This document shows, piece after piece, positions 1 through 7,849 of a stretch of DNA of 64,000 nucleotides. Within the stretch, counting starts at the first letter, position 1. Each line of letters opens with the position of its first letter. The translations under genes and the position numbers were made by a program. The DNA lies in assembly GCA_963707025.1 (NCBI GenBank), contig CAVPOM010000013.1, positions 1 through 64,000 on the forward strand, in the 5' to 3' direction. Under the pieces are notes generated by a model. That model was not told the origin of the DNA, did no database searches, and was given only the letters and a program-made list of their open reading frames with translations. The DNA comes from an uncultured Verrucomicrobiae bacterium (GTDB taxonomy: Bacteria; Verrucomicrobiota; Verrucomicrobiia; Limisphaerales; Palsa-1400).

Positions 1-20
1 TTCCCTTCACCCGCTCCATT
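1..20 (+). tRNA. 3' end of a tRNA-Gly gene (partial, cut by window start); also the attL core
   Basis: TTCCCTTCACCCGCTCCA matches the T-arm 3' half, acceptor strand and CCA of bacterial tRNA-Gly. It is repeated at 7568-7587, where it is preceded by TTCGA. Confidence 0.8.
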
Positions 21-1270
21 TGACAGACAGTGACAGGTTGCGACAGCTTGTGACAAATGCCCCTATTTACAAGGGTTTCTGTGCGGTTCGACTCTCCGCT
101 TTTTGCGTCAGGATGCGACACGGTTTGACCTTCCCCGCCTAAAATCTGTGCGCGTATTTGTGTATACCCCGGCCCCGCATCCAGGCGCGGCAGGTTCTTG
201 ATGGCGTCGTAAATCGGCAGTTGCATTTCATCGGTGTAAACTTGCGCGGTCAAACGAATGTCACTGTGCCGCATCAATTTCATGGCGAACCGTTGCGCCA
301 CCCCGTTGCGTTGCAGAAACGTCGCCCAGGTGTAGCGCAGCGCGTGGAAATCCCCATACCGGCCCAACTCATCCCGGTAAGGAATGCCGTTGGCTTCCAA
401 GTCCAGGGTCAAACGCCGGGCGCGTGGTATGCCTTTTGGAAAGACCAGATCAGTCGCCTTCCATCCCCCCGGACGGTAAGCCTGCAACGCCTCGACGATT
501 TCCGGCACCAGTTGCACCGATTCCTGTTTCTTGTTTTTGGCCGCATAGTCCCGCACCACCACGAACGGCACATCCGCGCCCAGGTTCAAATCGCCCCACT
601 TCATTTGCTTCAATTCCTCTTGGCGCAACCCGGTCCGCGCGGCGGTGAAATAGATAATGCCCCGATCTTCCGACCCGGCCACCAGCTTGCGCAATTCCTC
701 ATCCGTGAAGGCCCGCCGCACCCGCTTCTGTTTGCCCCGCTCATCCGCCCTGGACACGTTCTTGAGGGGATTAGTTTTGATTCTGCCGACCCTTTCCATC
801 CAGTTCAGCAGCGAGATCATCCCTTGCAGGTAATGGTTGAGTGTGCGCGGCGAGCAGGTTTGCCGGTTGCGCCAGACGATGAAGGAATCGGCGGTGACGT
901 TGCACGGCACCTGCCAATCGCAGTCTTGCAGCAAAGCCCTTATCCGGGAGGCGACCAACCGCGCCCCACGCCCCCCGCGCCCATTCCGCCCCCGCGCCGC
1001 CAGATCAGCCACGTAATCGTCCAGGTGAGACGCCAGCGGCTTTCTGGCCGAGTCCCGGACGGCTTTGGGTTCAAGGATGCCCGCCGTCTCGCGCTCGCGC
1101 TCCTGGATAAACTCATGCGCCTTTTTATCGGCCACCTGTTTATCCGTCACGCCAAGGGATTTCCACTTGTCCACCGGCATGTCCCCGATACGATACCGCA
1201 GATAATACGACCGCGTTTCGTGAAGTTTTCCGCCCCGGCGGGACCGTCGTTTTTCAATAGAGAAGATCAT
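2..1270 (-). CDS. Tyrosine recombinase/integrase, N-terminal part; frame stays open through attL and off the window
   Basis: Not in the ORF track because it has no stop in the window. Manual translation from ATG 1270 (ATGA overlap with xis) gives FTAARTGLRQEEL, DFHALRYT, LMRHSDIRLTAQVY (R..HxxR..H..Y) and ends ...VCQMERVKG at the att core. Confidence 0.93.
   Translation of the reverse strand, partial: MIFSIEKRRSRRGGKLHETRSYYLRYRIGDMPVDKWKSLGVTDKQVADKKAHEFIQERERETAGILEPKAVRDSARKPLASHLDDYVADLAARGRNGRGGRGARLVASRIRALLQDCDWQVPCNVTADSFIVWRNRQTCSPRTLNHYLQGMISLLNWMERVGRIKTNPLKNVSRADERGKQKRVRRAFTDEELRKLVAGSEDRGIIYFTAARTGLRQEELKQMKWGDLNLGADVPFVVVRDYAAKNKKQESVQLVPEIVEALQAYRPGGWKATDLVFPKGIPRARRLTLDLEANGIPYRDELGRYGDFHALRYTWATFLQRNGVAQRFAMKLMRHSDIRLTAQVYTDEMQLPIYDAIKNLPRLDAGPGYTQIRAQILGGEGQTVSHPDAKSGESNRTETLVNRGICHKLSQPVTVCQMERVKG
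21..60. repeat. Four YGACA units at exact 10-bp spacing; candidate Xis/RDF sites
   Basis: tgacagacag tgacaggttg cgacagcttg tgacaaatgc lies directly inside attL. Confidence 0.5.
143..166. repeat. 24-bp direct repeat, copy 1; candidate integrase arm site
   Basis: aatctgtgcgcgtatttgtgtata is identical to 7476-7499. Confidence 0.7.
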
Positions 1271-1473
1271 GCTACGCCTTTCATCATTATTTGCTCAATA
1301 TCACTTGACCGAAACCGCACCGCGCCCCGGATTTTTACCACCGTCAATGTCCCCGACGCCACCAGTCTTTCCACCATTCTTACCGAACAAGCCAGCAGAC
1401 GCGCCACTTCTTTCTTAGTCAACAATTGCAGTCCCGCCGGTTTGCTCGCTTTATTGTCAATATCATGTTTCAT
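1267..1473 (-). CDS. Excisionase-like HTH_17/AlpA-type DNA-binding protein
   Basis: LLTKKEVARLLACSVRMVERLVASGTL...RGAVRF; stop overlaps the integrase start. Confidence 0.88.
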   Translation of the reverse strand: MKHDIDNKASKPAGLQLLTKKEVARLLACSVRMVERLVASGTLTVVKIRGAVRFRSSDIEQIMMKGVA

Positions 1474-2087
1474 TTTTTCTTCCTCCCATCCACTTTCGCC
1501 TTTGCTTTGGCCGCCACCTTTTTACGGAAATCCTCTCCCATCAATGTCGGGAAATCCTCTGCCAGAACCTCTTTCAATGCCTGCCGCACCATCTCCACCA
1601 TCTCTTGCGGAGGCGTTTTCTTCGCCGCCGCGATCTTCTTTGGTTCGTCCAGAAATGCGCCTTCCCGGTCTGGCTTTTCGCCCCCGGCAGCTTCCACGTA
1701 CGCGGCTTTTCGGTCAGGACGGGCTTTCAAGTCTTCACCCCAGGCTTTGCACTCGCTCACCGGGACATAAATGTAAGGGCGCTCTTTGAGCTTCTTTTGA
1801 TACCCAAAGAGTGACCGCTCCGCCCTGACAACGTGGAAACAGAACGCCGTCAAGTTTCCCTCTTTCAATCTTTTGTGAACGGCAGCCCGCGAGACGGGCG
1901 CATACATCATGACGCCACCGGGGGAAACGAAGCCCTCACCGGGGAGATGTTCGCCCAGGGCATCGAACCACGGCCCGGACTCCTCATCGCTGCCTTCGCG
2001 CCGATAAATCCGCGTTTCCGGGTCAGGCTCGCCGATCAGCGGTTTGAGGCTCGCCGGGATGACCAGATATGGAAAATCTTTATTCAT
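1470..2087 (-). CDS. Putative HTH DNA-binding regulator of the element
   Basis: VSPGGVMMYAPVSRAAVHKRLKEGNLTAF resembles a MerR/Xis-like HTH. ATG 2087 lies 7 nt after a -10 box. Confidence 0.55.
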   Translation of the reverse strand: MNKDFPYLVIPASLKPLIGEPDPETRIYRREGSDEESGPWFDALGEHLPGEGFVSPGGVMMYAPVSRAAVHKRLKEGNLTAFCFHVVRAERSLFGYQKKLKERPYIYVPVSECKAWGEDLKARPDRKAAYVEAAGGEKPDREGAFLDEPKKIAAAKKTPPQEMVEMVRQALKEVLAEDFPTLMGEDFRKKVAAKAKAKVDGRKKK

Positions 2088-2094
2088 AATGGAA

Positions 2095-2128
2095 ACCTTA
2101 CGCTGAGAATACGTAATGTCAACGTATT
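2095..2128 (-). promoter_or_regulatory. Sigma70-like promoter with overlapping operator palindrome
   Basis: TTGACA (2122-2117), 16 bp, TAAGGT (2100-2095); inverted repeat AATACGT-N7-ACGTATT at 2108-2128. Confidence 0.6.
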
Positions 2129-2445
2129 TCTTTTTGGGAGACAAAACAGCACTGAGGAGATTTCCCCGCTGAGTTTTCCCGTGTCGTCATTCGGCTTGCT
2201 CAAGGCAGGAGGGCCAAGCCGAACGCCAACACGCGAAAACCCAGCCCCGACAAGTGCCTGGTCGTGCCGTCATTGCCGCCAGGATTGCGCCCCGGCTGCC
2301 CCCGCAACACTGGCGGCAATGCCGTCACCACCAGGGCAGGGCTGCGCCAGTTCCGTCGTTTTGGGTGGTCAGGATGAATACCCTCGACTATGGGAGATGT
2401 CCTACAATCGCTTGCCATCCGTCGGGAAAAGGCTATTCTCCAAGG

Positions 2446-4413
2446 ATGAAAGCGAGTTTGTGGGCGCTACTATTTTCAGTCCTTTTGGTGGCCTCAGCGA
2501 AGGCTCAACAATCTGCATCGCCGAGCGCAACCAACACTCTTCCTCCGCTGCCGGAAGGGTTTGTGCTGGACCCTCGACACTCTGCAGTACCGCCCACAAC
2601 TAATCCCCCGGCGACCAACACGCCAAAGACGTTTACATTTGAGGAAGCAATAGGAGTACCGCCCACAACCAATCCCCCGGCGACCAACACCCCGCTTACA
2701 AACCAGCGATTGCTTGCAAAGATACAGACAATGATGCTCGAAGCGACCCGCGCCAATGCGGAAAAGGGAGATGCAGTCGCCCAAACTGAAATCGGCGATC
2801 ATTATAGGTTTGGCGACGGCATCCCCCAGGACTACGCCGAGGCGTTGAAGTGGTATCGCAAAGCAGCAGATCAAGGGCAACCGTCAGCGCAGGACGCCCT
2901 CGGCGATTTCTACAGGTTCGGCCACGGTGTGGCGCAGGACTACATGGAAGCCGTGAAATGGTATCGTAAAGCAGCAGAACAAGGGCAGGCAGCGGCTGAG
3001 GCCATGCTCGGCGAGTCTTATAGGTTTGGCGACGGCGTCCCGCAGGACTACGCGGAAGCCGTGAAATGGTATCGCAAAGCAGCAGATCAAGGGCTGGCAT
3101 TAGCCCAGGCCAAGCTCGGCGTGTGTTACAAGTTTGGCGACGGCGTCCCGCAGGACTACACGGAAGCCGTGAAATGGTATCGCAAAGCAGCAGATCAAGG
3201 TCAGGTATCAGCCCAGGACGCCCTTGGCGAGTGCTATAGGTTTGGCGACGGGGTCCCGCAAGACTACGCGGAGGCATTAAAGTGGTTTCGCAAAGCGGCG
3301 GATCAAGGGCTGGCGTGGGCCCAATGCGACCTCGGAGTTGCTTACGGCAAGGGTGAGGGCGTCAATCAAGATTACGCGGAAGCGGCGAAATGGTATCGCG
3401 AAGCCGCCGAACAGGGCGACGCATTAGCCCAATTCAATCTCGGTCTTTATTACGACCGGGGCAGAGGCGTGCCGAAAGATTACGCGGAAGCGGCCAAATG
3501 GTATCGCAAAGCCGCCGAACAGGGGGATGCGGAAGCACAATCCAATCTAGGCGGTTGTTACGAAAAGGGCGACGGGGTCATTAAGGATTATGTGCAGGCG
3601 TACAAATGGGACAACCTCGCCGCGGCGCAGGGTGAGACAAATGCCAAGCAGTTCCTCCCCGTTCTTGAACGGCGAATGTCTCCAGAGCAAATAGCAGAAG
3701 CGCAGCGGCTCGCCGGTGAGTTCAAGCCCCGCAAAGCACCAGAACCCGCAGCTTTCATCACAAGGGAGCGCGTTTTTGATTCAAGCCCGGCAGCCAGCGG
3801 GACGGGCTTTTTCATCACGGAGGATGGCTTCCTGGTAACGAACGCGCACGTCGTCAAAGACGCAAATCAAATTCGCCTGGTCACCAGCGCCGGAGTTTTA
3901 GTCGCCACGGTCGTCAAGGTTGATGGGGCGAACGATGTCGCCTTACTGAAGGCGCAGGGACACTTTTCGACGTTGCCAGTTGCCAGCAGCCGGGCCGTCA
4001 AACTCGGTAATACCATTGCAACAATTGGCTTCCCAAATGTCGGATTGCAAGGATTTTCGCCCAAGCTCGCCAAAGGCGAAATCGCCTCATTGACAGGACC
4101 GCAGGATGATCCGCGCTATTTTCAGATTAGCGCGCCATTGCAGCCCGGCAACTCAGGGGGAGCACTGATAGATGATCACGGCAACGTGGTGGGCGTTGTG
4201 TCGGCGAAGCTCGATGCCGCCACCGCCCTGGCCGCAAGCGGGGCAATGCCTGAAAACGTAAATTACGCGATCAAGAGCAGCTTTCTTCTCAGCTTTCTTG
4301 AGTCTGTCCCGGAAGTTGCAGCGAGAATGCAAACACCCGGAACCAAGGAGCAAAAATTCGAGGACGTGGTGAAATCCGCCGAACAAGCCGCCGTGCTCGT
4401 CCTTATCTACTGA
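2446..4413 (+). CDS. Secreted protein with 8 Sel1 repeats and a trypsin-like serine protease domain
   Basis: Signal peptide MKASLWALLFSVLLVASAKA; eight 36-aa Sel1 repeats; triad motifs TNAHVV, NDVALL, GNSGG. Confidence 0.92.
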   Translation: MKASLWALLFSVLLVASAKAQQSASPSATNTLPPLPEGFVLDPRHSAVPPTTNPPATNTPKTFTFEEAIGVPPTTNPPATNTPLTNQRLLAKIQTMMLEATRANAEKGDAVAQTEIGDHYRFGDGIPQDYAEALKWYRKAADQGQPSAQDALGDFYRFGHGVAQDYMEAVKWYRKAAEQGQAAAEAMLGESYRFGDGVPQDYAEAVKWYRKAADQGLALAQAKLGVCYKFGDGVPQDYTEAVKWYRKAADQGQVSAQDALGECYRFGDGVPQDYAEALKWFRKAADQGLAWAQCDLGVAYGKGEGVNQDYAEAAKWYREAAEQGDALAQFNLGLYYDRGRGVPKDYAEAAKWYRKAAEQGDAEAQSNLGGCYEKGDGVIKDYVQAYKWDNLAAAQGETNAKQFLPVLERRMSPEQIAEAQRLAGEFKPRKAPEPAAFITRERVFDSSPAASGTGFFITEDGFLVTNAHVVKDANQIRLVTSAGVLVATVVKVDGANDVALLKAQGHFSTLPVASSRAVKLGNTIATIGFPNVGLQGFSPKLAKGEIASLTGPQDDPRYFQISAPLQPGNSGGALIDDHGNVVGVVSAKLDAATALAASGAMPENVNYAIKSSFLLSFLESVPEVAARMQTPGTKEQKFEDVVKSAEQAAVLVLIY

Positions 4414-4462
4414 AAAACTAACAAATGCAAAGTGAATTTACGCAATAACTGGAGAAAAGCTA

Positions 4463-5032
4463 ATGAGTGTCAATACAATTGCAGAAATAGCGGTTCGACT
4501 GCCTTTCAACACGTCTAAGCGGCTGCTTGAGGAGTGCCAAAAGAAGTTTTTGCTTCCGTGGCAAGTTATCGCAATCAGCCTCGGTGAATCCCTGGGCGAG
4601 CCTGTGAAAATCGAGATTCCTGAATCCTATTCGTACTTTTACACGCTCTCCGATCTTCTGAAAACCGACAGCTTTAATCTGAGACATAAACCGGAACAAA
4701 AAAAGCTTTTCCTGCTAATCCTGTCTCAGATAATTAAGAGGACCTCACCCGAAAAGTTTGCAAAGGTTGCCAATACGCTTCGCGGAACCGTTCGAGCCTA
4801 TTTTGGTCGCACACTTGAGGAAGTTGAATCCACGGGAAGCGGCCATGAAGCGGCTCGGATAGATGGTACAGAGTGGTTCGCATCCGTGGGCAACCCGTGG
4901 GACAGGAAACAAAAGATACTCGAAACTTTAATGCGGCGTTTGGAGTTCTCGCCCGATTATGCCTGGATGATTTCACATGTGCCAGCCTCTAAACAATTGC
5001 ACCTGCGAGGAATACGGCCAACCTCCGTATGA
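4463..5032 (+). CDS. Protein with a SeqA C-terminal-like DNA-binding domain
   Basis: LFLLILSQI..FAKVANTLRGTVRAYF..GTEWFASVGNPWDRKQKILETLM aligns by eye with the SeqA-C pattern as recalled. Confidence 0.6.
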   Translation: MSVNTIAEIAVRLPFNTSKRLLEECQKKFLLPWQVIAISLGESLGEPVKIEIPESYSYFYTLSDLLKTDSFNLRHKPEQKKLFLLILSQIIKRTSPEKFAKVANTLRGTVRAYFGRTLEEVESTGSGHEAARIDGTEWFASVGNPWDRKQKILETLMRRLEFSPDYAWMISHVPASKQLHLRGIRPTSV

Positions 5033-5514
5033 ACATGCTGACCACCATTACAGCTATTTTCGGAGCTGTGCTCGGAAGCGCGAGTCTTGTCTTAGGTATC
5101 TGCAATTATTTGCGTGACCGCCCGAGAATATGCGTTTATCTGCAATGGAATATGGAACTCCGGGACGCATCCCTCCGGCTCGTTGAAGGGGACAAAGGGC
5201 AGCACGGTATGATAACGGTCACAAACGAAGGACGCAGACCATGCTTTATTAGCCATGCGTGCCTGATATTGCCAAAATCGCATAAGAACCGATTGCACCT
5301 GTTAAAAGAAAGTGTCCAAGGTCAGAAGTTGTCTGAAGGTGATCCGCCAGCAATGTGGGTCATTCCTCCAACATTCACAAATATATATCTGAACGATTTA
5401 AAGAGCATACGCGCACAAGTCAATGATTCAACGGGGCGAGTTTACCTGTCGAAAGCCTCGAAGGTGTGGGAACCGAAGCCGACATCAAGTTGCAACGAAA
5501 CAAGGCGCCTTTAG
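5029..5514 (+). CDS. Hypothetical protein with an N-terminal membrane anchor
   Basis: Hydrophobic N-terminus followed by a beta-rich domain; ATGA overlap with the upstream gene. Confidence 0.65.
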   Translation: MNMLTTITAIFGAVLGSASLVLGICNYLRDRPRICVYLQWNMELRDASLRLVEGDKGQHGMITVTNEGRRPCFISHACLILPKSHKNRLHLLKESVQGQKLSEGDPPAMWVIPPTFTNIYLNDLKSIRAQVNDSTGRVYLSKASKVWEPKPTSSCNETRRL

Positions 5515-5575
5515 GGCGTCAATTCTGCTATCCGCTTTCGCGGACGGACGAAATCAGAGTGTGCTTCTAATCGCT

Positions 5576-6824
5576 CTACGCCGCCGCGACTGGCGGCATT
5601 TGTTTCTTTTTAGGCTCCGCAAGCTCGATCAATTTCGGCAGACGCTCAAGCCAGAACTCGACGTTGCAAAACAGCTTGGCAGTGAAATCTTCCGACCACA
5701 ATTGGCTCTTGCGCAGATATTTCCGCTTCTCCGGGGGCGTGTTCGCCAGACGGTATCGCCGCATGACCCGCCGCAGTTTCACCGCCTGGCTGGCCGTCAC
5801 TTCCCGATCTTCCCGCCTGCCAAGGGGCAATTGTTGCCGGCCAATGACACCCCAATACCGCCCCGGCTTTTGTTCCATCACCGGCATTTCCTCCTTTTTC
5901 GCCATGTATCGCTTGCCCGCGTAGGCAAAGGCCCCTTTGATCGTCCTGAGACGCTCCACACGAGTCCCGGCCAGGTAGTGCATGAAATCGCCGCTTCCGA
6001 CCACCCCAAACCAATTGCGGGACACCCAAGACTTCAACGAGTCCGCCCCATAGACTTCGCCATTCGGGAATTCCCCGCCGTCCGGCAGTTCGGCCCAAAC
6101 GCTCATCACCGTACACTGTCTTGAGCAGTCCAGTACCGATCTCCTCTTTCCAGTGTTCGCCGCCCTCGTGAACACGCACGCGGCGCAGGCGAGCGGATTC
6201 CCCACGCTCCTCTTTGAAGCGAAACCGCCAGGGGACACCGAAAACGAGCAGGTGGTAATGCGGGGCGATCTTGCCCTTGTTCTTGCCCGATTTCCGCGGT
6301 TTGAATTCCAGCTTCCAAATAATCGCCGCTGTCGGCCAACGCCGTTGCAGCCGGTCACAGAACGCCTCCAAATGGCCTTTGTAATCCTCCCGGTACAGGG
6401 GGAAGTTGTCCGGGTAGGTGAGAGTGAAGGCGAGAGGCACCGCCGCCTGTTCCACTTTCGCCAGCAATTCCAGCATCCGCCGACGTGCCGCCGGGGTGAA
6501 CTCGGTAATGTCCCCACGCGGCGCACTTTTGGTATTTCCCGCCGCCGTGTCCGAACGGAGGCGCACCTGAATCAGGCTGGCCCCACGATAGCAGGTCACG
6601 GTTCCTTTTTCTGGACGCGCCGAAATATGCGCTTTAGACAAGCCCAGCGGAGGCGGGGGGCGGCGCTGGGCGCCACCCCGCCGCCTCTCGCTGTCGCCAG
6701 CCTGCCCGCCGTAGCCTTGGCGAAGGTGGGTTGTCACCGCGTACGGCCGCAGAACCGGCGAGCAGTGGTGCTCGCTGTCCGGTTCTGCTCGTTCTATTTC
6801 GCCGTCGTGCCGCTCTGGTTTCAC
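5576..6824 (-). CDS. HUH rolling-circle replication initiator, split by one frameshift near 6100-6200
   Basis: Frame A has FTLTYP (motif I) and PHYHLL (HUH). Frame B has NWFGVVGSGD..HYLAGTRVE and YAGKRYMAK (motif III). The frameshift may be an assembly error. Confidence 0.8.
6701..6730. repeat. REP-like palindromic repeat inside the rep 5' region
   Basis: cctgcccgccgtagccttggcgaaggtggg; related copies at 15809-15844 and 35145-35168. Confidence 0.55.
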
Positions 6825-6886
6825 TGGCCCCCCTTGTTCGTGGCCTGGAGCTTGCGCAGTTCTTTCCGTCCATGTATGTTCGAGAC

Positions 6887-7087
6887 ATGAAAGCGACCAT
6901 GCCAGAACCGGAAATCGTAACGCGCAAAGGCAAGCCCGTCTCGGTGATTATCCCCATTGAGAATTATGAAGAACTCTTGGAGCGCGTGGAAGACGCCGGG
7001 GATATGGCCTGGCTCAAACGCGCCCGCCGCAAGCCATTGCATTACCGCCCGTTCGAAGAATATCTGGCCGAGCGCACCCGCGGCTGA
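6887..7087 (+). CDS. Phd/YefM-like antitoxin
   Basis: EIVTRKGKPVSVIIPIENYEELLE; immediately upstream of RelE. Confidence 0.8.
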   Translation: MKATMPEPEIVTRKGKPVSVIIPIENYEELLERVEDAGDMAWLKRARRKPLHYRPFEEYLAERTRG

Positions 7088-7089
7088 CA

Positions 7090-7344
7090 ATGTATCGCGT
7101 CCTGCTTGAACGGGCGGCCGAGAAGGACCTCTCACGGCTTGCCTCCGAGATTCACGCCCGTGTCATCGCGGCAATTCGAGCGCTCGCGACAAACCCGCGC
7201 CCGCCTGGCTGTCGCAAACTCGTCGGGAGCAAGAACGACTGGCGTATCCGCGTAGGTGACTACCGCGTGGTTTACGAGATTGCCGACGAGATTCGCGTCG
7301 TACGTATCAACCGTGTCCGCCACCGCCGCGAGGTCTATCGCTAA
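7090..7344 (+). CDS. RelE/StbE family toxin
   Basis: NPRPPGCRKL..WRIRVGDYRVVYEI..HRREVYR. Confidence 0.92.
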   Translation: MYRVLLERAAEKDLSRLASEIHARVIAAIRALATNPRPPGCRKLVGSKNDWRIRVGDYRVVYEIADEIRVVRINRVRHRREVYR

Positions 7345-7355
7345 TCGCATATATG

Positions 7356-7586
7356 TCACTGGCCCCCCTGGGTTGTGGCCGTGTTGGCAATGGCAACGAT
7401 TGCGGCCTTGAGTGGCGCACCCAGCGAAGGCCAGGCCGCAACCACCGCAGCCAGGTCAGGCTCAAGCGGTTTCTCAATCTGTGCGCGTATTTGTGTATAG
7501 GCCCTTTCCCCATCTTGCGCAGCATGTTGATTCTCAGCAGGTTGTGAATTGTCGGCGGAGGCTTCGATTCCCTTCACCCGCTCCAT
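7356..7586 (-). CDS. Integrase C-terminal segment (76 aa), in frame with the att core
   Basis: Starts MERVKG in the attR core, in the same phase as the integrase at attL. Contains a second YTQIRAQI and DLAAVVAAWPSL. Confidence 0.7.
   Translation of the reverse strand: MERVKGIEASADNSQPAENQHAAQDGERAYTQIRAQIEKPLEPDLAAVVAAWPSLGAPLKAAIVAIANTATTQGGQ
7476..7499. repeat. 24-bp direct repeat, copy 2; candidate arm site
   Basis: Identical to 143-166. Confidence 0.7.
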
Positions 7587-7587
7587 T
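7563..7587 (+). repeat. attR core (duplicated tRNA-Gly 3' end)
   Basis: ttcgattcccttcacccgctccatt; no upstream tRNA body here. Confidence 0.9.
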
Positions 7588-7801
7588 CTTGATAATTCCA
7601 TTGACACTCAATGACTTGCGTAATTTCATCATCCGAAAACCTCACAAAGTAAGGCGAAGCGTATCATCGCCGCCCAGCAGATCGAAAAGGACGCCAGACA
7701 CGGCGAAATCGCCGCGCTTGGCCACCCAGGGCATTACCACTTCGCGGCCGAAGGGATAATGGCCGATTCCGCTGGTTTCCGTGCGGCCGGAAAAATATCC
7801 C

Positions 7802-7830
7802 TTGACATAGTGTGCTTATTACACTATATT
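7802..7830 (+). promoter_or_regulatory. Promoter with NrtR box
   Basis: TTGACA-17-TATATT. The 21-bp palindrome ATAGTGT-N7-ACACTAT (7807-7827) has the GT-N7-AC core of NrtR sites. Confidence 0.8.
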
Positions 7831-7849
7831 GCCGGCAGACGAAGGGAAA

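Larger units (their letters stand above)
1..7587. mobile_element. ~7.57-kb tRNA-Gly-integrated element (tyrosine integrase + Xis + HUH Rep + cargo)
   Basis: Exact 20-bp direct repeat ttcccttcacccgctccatt at 1-20 and 7568-7587, with integrase, excisionase and Rep between. Confidence 0.92.

Noticed and set aside
158..1789. 543-aa plus-strand ORF
   Set aside because: Antisense shadow of the integrase, xis and regulator; no recognisable motifs.
2770..3630. Regular 108-bp repeats resembling a CRISPR or DGR array
   Set aside because: They are in-frame Sel1 repeats; there are no unique spacers, cas genes or reverse transcriptase.
6100..6200. Programmed frameshift in rep
   Set aside because: No clear slippery sequence, and the contig has many likely indel errors.
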